From: Candidatus Pacearchaeota archaeon
GTDB lineage: Archaea; Nanobdellota; Nanobdellia; Pacearchaeales; GW2011-AR1
NCBI GenBank assembly: GCA_041659265.1
Contig: JBAZYP010000009.1
Coordinates: 12,201 to 76,200 of the forward strand
DNA length: 64,000 bases
Direction of reading: 5' to 3'
The translations under genes and the position numbers were made by a program. Of the stretch, positions 37,937 through 48,259 are shown in pieces; the stretch's first letter is position 1; every line of letters begins with the position of its first letter. The notes below the pieces were generated by a model. The model saw only the letters and a list, made by a program, of their open reading frames with translations, ran no database searches and was not told the DNA's origin.

Positions 37937-40409
37937 AACTTTAAAGAATTCTTTTTATCTGTTTTTTATTTTTTTATTAATATTTGGAATAATTTCTAAT
38001 GCAAATGTAAATGTACATGCAATTGATTCAGCATATGGGCCTAAAATTGAAAAAGAACTTTATACTATTTCAAGAAATAAAGTAGATAGGCTTGTTTATA
38101 AGGGAGATATATTTAGAGATTTTATTGATATTACTTATTCTGGAAGTTCTGGCTCTGAAGTTACTTTTGCGGTTAGCGATGAATTAACAGAAATTATTGA
38201 ATTTGAAACAGCAGGAGTTATTCTAAATTCCAATAATTATTCTAGAGCAAATTTTTTATTAAAGGGAAAGGAAATTGGTAATTATTCTGGATTTATTAAA
38301 TTAAAGGGAGGTATTATTGAAGATATTCCTGTAAATGTAACTGTAATTGAACCTAAAATAGATCCCCCATTAATAATAAGTCTTGAATTATCCGAGTCTA
38401 AGTTTGTTCTTAATAGGCCTTTTGAATTTAAGTTAAATATAAATAAATTAAAACCGGATTTTATAAACAACGTTTCAATTGCATATAGAATTAGGGACAG
38501 TAATAATAAAACTTTTTTTTTGGGTTCTGAACAATTAGATATTCAAACTTCTTTTCAAATTGTCAAGAAATTTAAAATACCTGATGAAATTGATGAAGGG
38601 CAATTTATTTTAGAATGTGAAACTCAATATGAGGATAAAAGGATAATTACTTCTTCAATATTCCTATTAAGAAGACCTTTTATGAAGATACTTATTTTTG
38701 GTTTTTTCCCAATGTGGTTGCTTATAACTATTTTAGGTTTGTTATTTTTTAGTGCTCTTGTTTTTTATCTTATAAGAATGAATTTAGCTAAAAGAAGAAA
38801 ATATCAGATGAAACTTGATTTAAAAACTATTCCTATAAAAGAACCTGGTTTTTTATTTTTAGGTAAAATTGCAGAGAAGAGCAATAAGGCTTATCTTGAT
38901 CCTTATAGGTTAACTACTCATAGTATTGTAGCAGGTGCTACTGGTGGAGGAAAATCAATTGCAGCTCAAGTAATTGTTGAAGAGGCCTTAATAAATAATA
39001 TTGCGGTTATTGTTATGGATCCAACTGCACAATGGTCCGGAATGCTAAGAAAATGTACTGATAAAAAGATGATGTCTTATTATCCTAATTTTGGTTTAAA
39101 AGAAACAGACTCAAGAGCATTCAAGGGTAATGTAAGACAAATAAAGAATGCTCGAGAAATAGTTCATGTTGAAAAATATATGAATCCGGGTCAAATACAG
39201 ATATTATCTCTTAATAAATTGGATCCAAAGGATATGGATTTTTTTATTGCTAATTTTATTAGGCAGATATTTAAGTCAGATCCTAAAGAATCTCCAAATC
39301 TTAAATTATTACTAGTTTTTGATGAGGTTCATAGACTTTTATCAAAATTCGGAGGTACTGGGGAAGGGTTTTTGCAAGTTGAAAGGGCATGCAGAGAGTT
39401 TAGAAAATGGGGTTTAGGAGTAATGTTAATCTCTCAGGTCTTAAATGATTTTGTTGGAGAAATTAAAGCAAATATTTCTACAGAAATTCAGATGAGAACT
39501 AGAGATGAAGGAGATTTAAAAAGAATTCAGACTAAATATGGTGATGAATTCTTACGTTCTTTAGTGAAAGCTTCTGTAGGGGTTGGTATGTTTGTAAATC
39601 CTGCTTATAATCATGCTAGACCTTATTTTGTAAACTTTAGGCCTATATTACATAATACTAGAAGATTGCCTGATGAAGAATTGGAACGTTATAATAAATA
39701 TAATGATATTTTGGAAGATTTAGAATTTCAGACAGATCAACTAGAGAAAGAAAAATTAGATGTTTTTGATCTTAAAATGGAATTAAAACTTGTTAAAGAT
39801 AAAATTATGACAGGAAATTTTTCGGTTGTAGAAATTTATTTAGAGGGATTAACTCCAAGAATTGCAAAAGAATGGGAAAAACTCGGGAAACAACCAAAGA
39901 AACTTGAAGTAGAACTTATTTCTGAAGATGAAATAAAAAAATCAATCGAAGAAGCAAAAAACGCAAGAAAAAAATATGAGCTTGAAGAAGCTAAGAAAAA
40001 AGCTAAAGATGAAAAAGAAGTAGTTAAAGCCCCGGAAAAAGAAAATCTTGATTTGAAAGAAGTTAATCCAATAACTTTTGATAATGGAATTATGGTTTCA
40101 AGTTTAAAAGAACTTAAAAGTGTTTTACCTACTATGGATATAAGTATTTTTAAAATTCATGTAAATGATCAAAAAAATGAGATTGCTGATTGGATAGAGA
40201 AAAATATATCTCCGGAGTTAGGGGTTAGATTAAAAGATGCTAAATTAAAATCACAAATGATTAAAGTTATGGATGATTTTGCTAAAGGAATTGTAGAAGA
40301 GAAGAAAGAAGAGAAGAAAGAAGAGAAGAAAGAAGAGAAGAAAGAAGAGAAAATAGTAGATAATAAATCTCCAGTAAATACAACCCCTGTAAATACGCCT
40401 CCAAAATAA
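37917..40409 (+). CDS. Membrane-anchored HerA/FtsK-superfamily ATPase with extracellular domain (paralog 1)
   Basis: N-terminal TM, ~250-aa ectodomain, TM ILIFGFFPMWLLITILGLLFFSALVFYLI, Walker A GATGGGKS (38934-38957), Walker B LKLLLVFDEVHRLLSKF, SQVLNDFVGEIKANISTEIQMRT. Confidence 0.88.
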   Translation: MKKKPSKTLKNSFYLFFIFLLIFGIISNANVNVHAIDSAYGPKIEKELYTISRNKVDRLVYKGDIFRDFIDITYSGSSGSEVTFAVSDELTEIIEFETAGVILNSNNYSRANFLLKGKEIGNYSGFIKLKGGIIEDIPVNVTVIEPKIDPPLIISLELSESKFVLNRPFEFKLNINKLKPDFINNVSIAYRIRDSNNKTFFLGSEQLDIQTSFQIVKKFKIPDEIDEGQFILECETQYEDKRIITSSIFLLRRPFMKILIFGFFPMWLLITILGLLFFSALVFYLIRMNLAKRRKYQMKLDLKTIPIKEPGFLFLGKIAEKSNKAYLDPYRLTTHSIVAGATGGGKSIAAQVIVEEALINNIAVIVMDPTAQWSGMLRKCTDKKMMSYYPNFGLKETDSRAFKGNVRQIKNAREIVHVEKYMNPGQIQILSLNKLDPKDMDFFIANFIRQIFKSDPKESPNLKLLLVFDEVHRLLSKFGGTGEGFLQVERACREFRKWGLGVMLISQVLNDFVGEIKANISTEIQMRTRDEGDLKRIQTKYGDEFLRSLVKASVGVGMFVNPAYNHARPYFVNFRPILHNTRRLPDEELERYNKYNDILEDLEFQTDQLEKEKLDVFDLKMELKLVKDKIMTGNFSVVEIYLEGLTPRIAKEWEKLGKQPKKLEVELISEDEIKKSIEEAKNARKKYELEEAKKKAKDEKEVVKAPEKENLDLKEVNPITFDNGIMVSSLKELKSVLPTMDISIFKIHVNDQKNEIADWIEKNISPELGVRLKDAKLKSQMIKVMDDFAKGIVEEKKEEKKEEKKEEKKEEKIVDNKSPVNTTPVNTPPK
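40296..40355 (+). repeat. Coding tandem repeat of GAAGAGAAGAAA (about 4.7 copies)
   Basis: Encodes EEKKEEKKEEKKEEKKEEK in the C-terminal tail of ATPase paralog 1. Confidence 0.9.
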
Positions 40410-40487
40410 GAAAATAACTAATATTAATTAAATAATTAAACTATTTAATAATTAAATAATTAAATAAACTAAATTAAAAAAATTAAA

Positions 40488-41408
40488 ATGAATCTAATCA
40501 TAATTTTTATTATTCTAGGAGTTATCTTATTTTTTTTAATAATTTTTTTTGTTTTTGTTTATTTTTTAAACAAGAAAAAAGAAAGTAGATTGTTTGATGA
40601 TGAATCTAGCGGTTATTTTAGGAAATTTTTTAGAAGATTAAATCCATTTATTTTTTCTGATCAAGAGTTTAATGAAAATATGGAGGGTATTGGTGGAAAT
40701 AATGAAAATTTAAAAGAAAATCTTAAAAAGATAATGTTATCTAGTAATAAAATCACTAAAGATTCTCTTATTAATAAAACAAAAAATAAAAAAATTGATG
40801 AACTTAATAAAGAAAGTCAACCTAATCCTCCTATCTTAAATAATAAACCTATTGATAATAATTTACCTACTAATACTCCTGAAATTCCGAATAAACCTTT
40901 GGCTGTTACAAATGTTAATTTAAATGTAAAAGCAGGTGATAAAACTGTTGCACCCATAAATCCAGTTATACCGGCTCCTAAAAATCCTATAAAATCAAAA
41001 CTTCCTTCAAAACTTCCTTACGAAGGTCCAAAAACAGTTAATTTTGAAACTATTGTTGAAGCTGTAAAAGATGAAGAATTATTGATAATCTTAAAGGCTC
41101 TAAAGGAGAAGTATAATAAATTTCTTGAAAAAAGAACATTAAATAAAAACTTTAATTCTTATGAGGAGCTTCTTGATTTTTTAAAAAATGAGATAAAACT
41201 TTTTTTAAAAGATACTTATGAAGCATTAAAATCTGAGATTTCTACATTAAGAAGATCTGGAAAAGATACTAATGAGCAATCTATAAGGTTAATGTCTGTA
41301 CCTTTAAAGATAAAAATATATGAATCTAATCCCTCAATAAAAAATTTTAATAATGTTTTAGAAATTATTGGACATATTGAAGAAGGCATTAATAATCTTA
41401 AAAAATAA
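40488..41408 (+). CDS. Single-TM protein with disordered Pro/Asn-rich cytosolic region and helical C-terminus
   Basis: N-terminal TM NLIIIFIILGVILFFLIIFFVFVYFL, then NKPIDNNLPTNTPEIPNKP, then FETIVEAVKDEELLIILKALKEKYNKFLEKR... helices; directly follows ATPase 1. Confidence 0.6.
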   Translation: MNLIIIFIILGVILFFLIIFFVFVYFLNKKKESRLFDDESSGYFRKFFRRLNPFIFSDQEFNENMEGIGGNNENLKENLKKIMLSSNKITKDSLINKTKNKKIDELNKESQPNPPILNNKPIDNNLPTNTPEIPNKPLAVTNVNLNVKAGDKTVAPINPVIPAPKNPIKSKLPSKLPYEGPKTVNFETIVEAVKDEELLIILKALKEKYNKFLEKRTLNKNFNSYEELLDFLKNEIKLFLKDTYEALKSEISTLRRSGKDTNEQSIRLMSVPLKIKIYESNPSIKNFNNVLEIIGHIEEGINNLKK

Positions 41409-41439
41409 TTAGACTAAATAATTTGTTAATACTTAAGAT

Positions 41440-43134
41440 TTAATCTTCATCATCTTCCCTACGTTTAATAATAAATATGATTATAATCAGGATAATAATC
41501 AATATAATTAATATTATTATGATGTAGGTTATTAAAGTAAGATTTTCTATTCTTAAATCCATTTTATCTATAGTTAAAACATAGACAAGATTATCCTCTT
41601 TTTCACCTGAATAAACTGTAAGTTTTATAAATGGATTTTTTAATAAATCTTCTTCATTTAATTCTTCATGAATTAGAATGTCTTGTGATTTTTTACTTTT
41701 TATTAGAACAGATCCTTCTATACCTAATGTCCTTTTAGTATAACCCATTATTACATCTTTTAGCTCAAAATCTATCCAACAATCTATTTCATAGGGGTTA
41801 TTAATTCTTAATTTAAAATATTTTTTTTGTTTATTATATTTTAAGAATTTTATATCTTCTTTTGAAAGTTTGCATCTATCTAATACTTCTACTATTGTTA
41901 CATTTACTCTTGCAGTTAGAACTTTATCTAAAGAACTTGAAATTTCTCCTAATAGGGCATAAACATCTGCTTCTAATGTATCACCAACAGTAGCATTAAC
42001 AATATAACTTATTGTTTTATAATCTCCTGGAGCTATAAAAATAGGGTCTATATCTCCTACACGGATTCTATCTGTACCGGAGATTAATGTAATTGTTCCT
42101 TTTATAAATGCAGGGACATTAGAATCACTTTTATAGGTAACTTCTAATTGTTTTGTTGCTTTATTATATTTAATAGATTTAATAGAAATTTGAACATTTG
42201 GAGTTGGTAGTGGAAAGATATCTAACCCTTCAATAGCTGAAATTCCTTTTGTTTCTGCTCTTGCACCCCTAGCAAATTTAACCATAACACTAACTCCTGT
42301 ACTTCTCTTGATATTTGTTGCTGCCCCCACCAATTCATTTCCTACAAGAACACCAACTTCTATACCTGAATTTTTAAGATAATCTTTTATTTGATCTGGA
42401 ACATTTTCTCTTCCTGTGAAAAGCACTGGTTGAATTCCATTCATTAATTCTCTTTCTATAAATTCTCCATTTGTTAAAGCTACTTGCTTTGTTGGTTTAA
42501 TAGCTAAATATCTTTTAACTATTTCAATATTATCTTTAAATTTATCTTCGTTATCTATTACTTCTGGATTGTATTTATTTAACATATCCCTAACTTCTCT
42601 ATCAATATAACCGTAGATTATTATTTTTTTTATTGTTCTTTTAGAAAGAATATTCTCTATTTCCATACTATTTTGTCTATTTGCAAGAAATACCCAAGAT
42701 CTAGTTGTTACTGCATAGGGAGCTACAGCCATAGCGTTAAATCCATAGGAATCTCCAACAACAATAAAATTTTCAATATCAACTAAATCATTAATTAGTT
42801 CTAAATTGGCACTATCTACACTTAATTCATCAGCACCAGCAAAACTTTTAGAAGTTATAACATCTGGATAATTAAATACATAAGGTTTTGATTTAGATGT
42901 GATTACCCTTATACTGTTTTTTTTATCAATATTATTTAATAATAATTGACCGTGATTTGTACTTACAAGAAAATCACTACCTATTTTTTTAAGATTAGCA
43001 TAATGTATTGTTGAATATACATCCTGCCAATTTTCGGAATTTGATATCACATGGGTAATTTCTTGAGAACTAATAAAATTTATAGCTAATAAGGAAAATA
43101 ATACGCTTAAAAAAATTATACCACTCTTTTTCAT
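41440..43134 (-). CDS. Envelope protein with cell-wall-binding-repeat-2-like N-terminal domain and C-terminal TM
   Basis: ENWQDVYSTIHYANLKKIGSDFLVS...RTIKKIIIYGYIDREVRDMLNKYNPEVI repeats, beta-rich domain, TM LTLITYIIIILIILIIILIIIIFIIKRRED. Confidence 0.55.
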   Translation of the reverse strand: MKKSGIIFLSVLFSLLAINFISSQEITHVISNSENWQDVYSTIHYANLKKIGSDFLVSTNHGQLLLNNIDKKNSIRVITSKSKPYVFNYPDVITSKSFAGADELSVDSANLELINDLVDIENFIVVGDSYGFNAMAVAPYAVTTRSWVFLANRQNSMEIENILSKRTIKKIIIYGYIDREVRDMLNKYNPEVIDNEDKFKDNIEIVKRYLAIKPTKQVALTNGEFIERELMNGIQPVLFTGRENVPDQIKDYLKNSGIEVGVLVGNELVGAATNIKRSTGVSVMVKFARGARAETKGISAIEGLDIFPLPTPNVQISIKSIKYNKATKQLEVTYKSDSNVPAFIKGTITLISGTDRIRVGDIDPIFIAPGDYKTISYIVNATVGDTLEADVYALLGEISSSLDKVLTARVNVTIVEVLDRCKLSKEDIKFLKYNKQKKYFKLRINNPYEIDCWIDFELKDVIMGYTKRTLGIEGSVLIKSKKSQDILIHEELNEEDLLKNPFIKLTVYSGEKEDNLVYVLTIDKMDLRIENLTLITYIIIILIILIIILIIIIFIIKRREDDED

Positions 43135-43281
43135 TAATGATACTCTTAAAGTTAAATATATAAAATTTTCTATATTATTTATTCTATTTTAAGTATAGAA
43201 TTTTATGATATTAATAGAGGTATCAAATTTAAGAGTGGAAAATATCTGAAACTTTATATACTTTGTTTTTTAATTTATAAT

Positions 43282-44091
43282 ATGTTTAATATCCTTTTTA
43301 ATCCTAAAAAAGCACAGAGACATCCAATAGAAATGATGTTTATTGGAATGTTTTATTCTTCTATTTCTATTTTATTAAGCGCATGGCTTTTTCCAGATCA
43401 TACTTCTCTAGTTATGGTATTTTTTACAGTTCTTTCTTGTTTATATGTTGTTCAGGGTGCAATAAAGCATGAAGAATCTATAGAAAGATCTTATAAAACT
43501 GAATTTTGGATATTAAAACATCATTCAAAACTTTTAGTTTTTTTATTATTTCTTTTTTTGGGATTTGTTTTTTCATTTGCTTTTTGGAGTTTCTTTTTAC
43601 CGGGTGATAATTCTAATAATGTTTTCGGGCTTCAAAAAGCGGTTGTTGAAGGTATAAAAACTAGTTCTATAAAGGGAGATTTTACAAATTCTAATCAGGT
43701 TATTTTTGCTATTTTAGCAAATAATTTGAAGGTTAGTATTCTTTCTTTAGTTTTAGCATTTTTTTATGGTGCTGGAGCAATATTTGTTTTAGTATGGAAT
43801 GCTAGTGTAATGGGTTTAGTTATTGGTAATTTAGCAAAAGTTAAATTTGGAATATTAGGGCTTCCTATAGCATTTACAAAATATTTTGTTCACGGGATTC
43901 CTGAAATGCTTGCATATTTAGTTGTTGCAATAGCTGGAGGGATAATTTATACTGCGGTTTGGAAAGGGGATTTTTTGAAATATGGCAGATCAAAAAAGAT
44001 TTTTCTTGATGTAATTGTTTTAATATTTATCTCCTTATTATTATTAGTATTTGCAGCATTAATTGAAGTATACATTTCTCCTTATATCTAA
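43282..44091 (+). CDS. Stage II sporulation protein M (SpoIIM/DUF95)-family membrane protein
   Basis: Multi-TM; VWNASVMGLVIGNLAKVKFGILGLPIAFTKYFVHGIPEMLAYLVVAIAGGIIYTAVWKGDF. Confidence 0.85.
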   Translation: MFNILFNPKKAQRHPIEMMFIGMFYSSISILLSAWLFPDHTSLVMVFFTVLSCLYVVQGAIKHEESIERSYKTEFWILKHHSKLLVFLLFLFLGFVFSFAFWSFFLPGDNSNNVFGLQKAVVEGIKTSSIKGDFTNSNQVIFAILANNLKVSILSLVLAFFYGAGAIFVLVWNASVMGLVIGNLAKVKFGILGLPIAFTKYFVHGIPEMLAYLVVAIAGGIIYTAVWKGDFLKYGRSKKIFLDVIVLIFISLLLLVFAALIEVYISPYI

Positions 44092-44240
44092 TTTGATAGA
44101 TTTGATTTATATTAATAATTTATATCTATGAAATTCATGATTAAGATTAGGTTCGTATAAATTATTATTAAAAATTATTAAAAAGATGAGAGGAAAAAAA
44201 TCCTTGTTATAAATTGGAGTTAATATTTTAGGCTTTGTTA

Positions 44241-44259
44241 CGGAGTTCTTTAAACTCCG
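44241..44259. repeat. Perfect 7-bp hairpin CGGAGTT-CTTTA-AACTCCG in a ~300-nt intergenic gap
   Basis: Inverted repeat read directly from sequence. Confidence 0.7.
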
Positions 44260-44408
44260 AATAAGAACGCAACTATTAAAGGCTAATAAGACAAAAGTTT
44301 CTTAAAAAATAATCATTTCGGACAGAGCGATATTTTAGATAAATTTATAAATAAAGATTTATTTATTTGGATATAAAAAGTACATAAAAAGTACTTTAAA
44401 AGTATCAA

Positions 44409-44585
44409 ATGACGGAAATCTTATTTAAAGGATCTAAAATTCAGACTGGAGAAAGAATAAAAATTCCTAAACCTATAGTAGATACTCTAAACCTTTATTC
44501 TGGCCAAGGGATTATAATTATTTTTGATGCTGAAAAAAAAGAAATAATTATTAGAGAAGAAAAGAATAAAAAAGATAAAAAATGA
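44409..44585 (+). CDS. AbrB/SpoVT-like (swapped-hairpin) 58-aa protein, not in the supplied ORF track
   Basis: MTEILFKGSKIQTGERIKIPKPIVDTLNLYSGQGIIIIFDAEKKEIIIREEKNKKDKK*. Its TGA overlaps the ATG of the next gene. Confidence 0.7.
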   Translation: MTEILFKGSKIQTGERIKIPKPIVDTLNLYSGQGIIIIFDAEKKEIIIREEKNKKDKK

Positions 44586-46465
44586 ACATAATTAAACATC
44601 TAAATAAATTTAGTATTGTCCTATTAGCCTTTATTTTAGCATTGCAGCTAGTTTCAGCTTCTCATTATATAACTGGTTATGTTCATGATTCTTTAGATTC
44701 ATTAGAAAGTGCAAATGATAAACAAGTTATTTTATGGAATCCAATTATAGGTATGCAAGAGAATATTAGTGATATTATTGGAATAAATGGAAATTCTGAA
44801 TCTTCAAATACTTTTATGTTTGATTGTGAATTATTGAATAATTCTTGTAAAATTGGAGATATTTTTAAGGTTAAAACTTTAAATGATGGAGATAATTATT
44901 TTAGTGAAGAAGAATCAGTAATTATTAGTGGTGCAGGTTATGATATAACTCCGGATTTAATTTTAAATAGTCCTCCTAATATAACTTTAAATTTTCCATT
45001 AGAGCAAGGAAATGAAAGTAGAACGGTTCGTTTTAATTGTTCTATTTTTGATTTAGATTCTAACCTTCATAATGTTAGTTTGTATGGTAATTGGACCGGG
45101 ACTTGGCATTTAAATGAGACTATAGAAACTCTGGGTGGGGCGACTTCAGTTTTATTTGAAAAAAATCTAAGCGAGGGAGAATATTCTTGGAACTGTTTAA
45201 GCTATGATAATTTATCTATATCTGGATTTAATTATAAAAATAATACATTTAGAGTAGATACAACTAGCCCTGTAATATCCCAGATTTCTGTTAATTCCAC
45301 TTATGGGTGTGGAAATTCTTATATTAATGTAAATTGCTCTGCAATTGATAGTTATGTGGGCATTGATAGTGTAATAATTCAAGCATTAAAACCTAGTGGA
45401 AGTGCTTTTTATCCTGCAAATATTTTAATACCGGGAGTATATTCTACAGAGATATTATTAGATGAAGGAGGTAATTGGAGTTTTATTTGTATTGCAAATG
45501 ATAGTTCATCAAATATTGCAAATCTTTCTTCCAATATAATAAGAGTTTATTCTTTAACTGAAAATGAGATATATGTTAATTATTCTAAAATCTATTTTGG
45601 TAATGAAAAACCAATTGAAACTGAAGAAGTAATTATTAATGCAACAATTGAGAATAGGGGATGCTCTAATTTAAATAATTTTTTAGTAGGATTTTTTAAT
45701 GGTGAACCTACTTTAGGCAATCAAATAGGAAATAATTTAACTATTTCCATACCCGGTTTTTCAAGTCAGATTGTTAATATAAGCTGGAGTGCATTAATTG
45801 GATTAACAAATATATTTATTTTTGCAGATTTAAATGATTCCATAATTGAAATAAATAATAATAACAATATTGCTAATAAGACAATAATTGTTGGTTCTTG
45901 GCAGACTTTTTATGGAAATGTGACTCTTGATAAAATTCTTGCAGATAGTTTGTTCTTTAATTTTAGTTCATGGTATAATGAATCTGAACCAATGGGAAAT
46001 ATATTTGTAGCAGATAAAGAGTCTAATATTAATTGGGCGGCATTATATCCTATTGGAAGAAATATTAGTGGAGATTTAAAGAATGATGATTTTTCTAATA
46101 TAGATAATATTTTTAATACTGCTGAATTTAATGATTCAGTAGAAAAACTTTATTCTACTTTTGGAAATTCTAAATTTAGTGATAGTTTTTTTATTCATCA
46201 TCGTAATTTAACAAATGTTCCTATTTTAAATTCAACTAATTCATCTAATTTTATTACTGGAATTCTTTGGGATTCTGCTAAAGATAGTGGTAATGGGGAG
46301 TTTGATGTTATAGATAAAGAAGATATTGTATTTGTAACAAAAATAAATAAGGCTAGTCCTGGTGGTTATGGCATATATGATTATGAAATAACCATCCCAG
46401 TTAGATTAAGAGAGTTCAATAGTCTTGATAGTAGTGAAATCTATTTTTATTATGAACTTGAATAA
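44582..46465 (+). CDS. Secreted protein: shared SAxHYIxGYV N-terminal domain, Ig-like and CARDB-like domains
   Basis: ASHYITGYVHDSLDSLESANDKQVILWNPIIGMQENI...CELLNNSCKIGDIF; N-terminal part paralogous to the 60248 gene. Confidence 0.7.
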   Translation: MNIIKHLNKFSIVLLAFILALQLVSASHYITGYVHDSLDSLESANDKQVILWNPIIGMQENISDIIGINGNSESSNTFMFDCELLNNSCKIGDIFKVKTLNDGDNYFSEEESVIISGAGYDITPDLILNSPPNITLNFPLEQGNESRTVRFNCSIFDLDSNLHNVSLYGNWTGTWHLNETIETLGGATSVLFEKNLSEGEYSWNCLSYDNLSISGFNYKNNTFRVDTTSPVISQISVNSTYGCGNSYINVNCSAIDSYVGIDSVIIQALKPSGSAFYPANILIPGVYSTEILLDEGGNWSFICIANDSSSNIANLSSNIIRVYSLTENEIYVNYSKIYFGNEKPIETEEVIINATIENRGCSNLNNFLVGFFNGEPTLGNQIGNNLTISIPGFSSQIVNISWSALIGLTNIFIFADLNDSIIEINNNNNIANKTIIVGSWQTFYGNVTLDKILADSLFFNFSSWYNESEPMGNIFVADKESNINWAALYPIGRNISGDLKNDDFSNIDNIFNTAEFNDSVEKLYSTFGNSKFSDSFFIHHRNLTNVPILNSTNSSNFITGILWDSAKDSGNGEFDVIDKEDIVFVTKINKASPGGYGIYDYEITIPVRLREFNSLDSSEIYFYYELE

Positions 46466-46473
46466 TTATAAAA

Positions 46474-47142
46474 TTATTCTTTTTTTCCTTGAAGTAATTT
46501 TTCAGCTATAAGTTCGTCTGGCCTTTTTTCTACAACCACTTCTTCTTTTTTTCTTTTTAAAATTTTTTTAAAAATCTTTGAAACAATAGTGAAAATATTT
46601 AGTATTATTTTTTTAATAAACCTTAAAATCCCCATAATAATTTTTATAATCAATTTTATTAAGGATAGAATAAACTTTTTAATCATGTTAATGATATTTT
46701 TTATAATTCTTTTTATTTCATTATAGGTTAGTTTAAAGAATAATCTGGTTTTTAAAATGCCGCGTATAAGAAAATTGGGCATTAATTTATGAAAAATTTT
46801 TCTAAAATTTATTTTAAATTTAAATCTGAACATTTCCCATTTTAAACTAATTTTTTCCTTAATAGAAAGTTCCAGATTTAATCGCTTAACGGTAAAATGT
46901 TCTTCTTTATTTTTTTCTTTTTTTATTGCTTTTTTTTTCTCATTTATATAAAGTCTTTTTTGTTCATCAATAAATTTTTTATATTTTAATTCATATGCAA
47001 TACGTGCTTTGTTAAGTTTTTCTTTGTAATCCTTTTCTCTTGAAATTTTGATTGGATATTTTTTAAAATCTTCAAGATACTCTCTATCTATTCTTTCTAT
47101 TTCATGTTTATAAAATTCTTCAATATCATCCGCGTTTTCCAT
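46474..47142 (-). CDS. Lys/Ile-rich helical protein, possible membrane association
   Basis: 222 aa; long basic amphipathic/hydrophobic repeats IKKFILSLIKLIIKIIMGILRFIKKIILNIF. Confidence 0.5.
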   Translation of the reverse strand: MENADDIEEFYKHEIERIDREYLEDFKKYPIKISREKDYKEKLNKARIAYELKYKKFIDEQKRLYINEKKKAIKKEKNKEEHFTVKRLNLELSIKEKISLKWEMFRFKFKINFRKIFHKLMPNFLIRGILKTRLFFKLTYNEIKRIIKNIINMIKKFILSLIKLIIKIIMGILRFIKKIILNIFTIVSKIFKKILKRKKEEVVVEKRPDELIAEKLLQGKKE

Positions 47143-47144
47143 TT

Positions 47145-47498
47145 TTATTTACAATAACAATCACATTTATGGCAGGAATTCTCTTGAAAACTAAATTCAA
47201 CTCTAAAAAATTTCATCTTTCGAATATTGCACTCATTATAGCATCTAATTTTGCATTTATCTTCATTTTCAATTTGATGAAGAATAGTATTCATTATTAG
47301 AGAACATTCATCTTTTAATTCAATTAGGGAAGGTTCTTTATTTATATTTTTTATCTTATCATAAAATCCAAATTCTGATAAAATCAATGAGGTTAAAATT
47401 ACCAAGAGAACAATTGTTATTATAATAAGCTTCTTACTAATCTTCTTCTTTTTCATTTTCCTTGCTTTTTCTTTTACAAATCTCAACAAAATCAGCAA
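47145..47498 (-). CDS. Small single-TM cysteine-rich protein
   Basis: TM KKLIIITIVLLVILTSLILSEFG; C-terminal cysteines CKIRCYNECNIRK...CHKCDCYCK. Start may be MKKKKISKK (47456). Confidence 0.5.
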   Translation of the reverse strand: MLILLRFVKEKARKMKKKKISKKLIIITIVLLVILTSLILSEFGFYDKIKNINKEPSLIELKDECSLIMNTILHQIENEDKCKIRCYNECNIRKMKFFRVEFSFQENSCHKCDCYCK

Positions 47499-48168
47499 GC
47501 ATCATTTTTAATTCTTTTTCTTGTTCTTTAATCTCTTCTTCTTTTTCAACCATATTAAAATATATATTTTGCCATTCTTTTTCTAAATCTTTGAGATTTT
47601 TTGTTTTTTCAGAAATTCTCTCCTGAAAATTTTTGCTTAACATTTTTATTACCGTATTATTCTTCTTTCCTTCCCAATGTTTTTTCATATCCTTAACAAT
47701 ATCTCTTGAAACAAATTTTTTCTTATACCAATCTTCTAATTCTTCTATATTTGTAATTTCTTTATCAATATTTTCTTTTAGTTCAGAAAAATAACTTTCT
47801 TCAGAATCAAATTCCATTGCAGGTTCATTTTTGTTTAAAGAAAATTCTTTATGTTGAAAATGTGGTTTATGATGTTTTGGTTTTATTTTAGGATGAAGAT
47901 TCGTATTTTCAATAATAACTTCAGTTGTTTTAACTGGTTCAATTACTTCATCAGAGTTATTAGATTCAATTGGAGTAATAATTGGTTTAAAACCTATTTC
48001 TTCTCTTGATTCTTCTTGAGATTCTATAAGCGGATTAAACTCATCTTCATTTAAAGAAGTTTTTTTTAGGGGTTTTTCAGGTTCAATTTTTTCTTGCATT
48101 TCGTCTGTCACTAATTCTGGAAGTTCATCAGGTGCTGATTTGCTCTTAAAAATACCAAAAAGTCCCAT
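47437..48168 (-). CDS. Cytosolic acidic, coiled-coil-containing protein
   Basis: MGLFGIFKSKSAPDELPELVTDEMQEK..., C-terminal helices FVSRDIVKDMKKHWEGKKNNTVIKMLSKNFQERI. Confidence 0.5.
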   Translation of the reverse strand: MGLFGIFKSKSAPDELPELVTDEMQEKIEPEKPLKKTSLNEDEFNPLIESQEESREEIGFKPIITPIESNNSDEVIEPVKTTEVIIENTNLHPKIKPKHHKPHFQHKEFSLNKNEPAMEFDSEESYFSELKENIDKEITNIEELEDWYKKKFVSRDIVKDMKKHWEGKKNNTVIKMLSKNFQERISEKTKNLKDLEKEWQNIYFNMVEKEEEIKEQEKELKMMLADFVEICKRKSKENEKEED

Positions 48169-48259
48169 TTTATTTAACCCCTTTAATAAATAGAAAAAGA
48201 CGAAAATTCTTTAAATACTTTTCGGTATCTTGTCTTCGAATTTTAATAAAGTTTATTAA

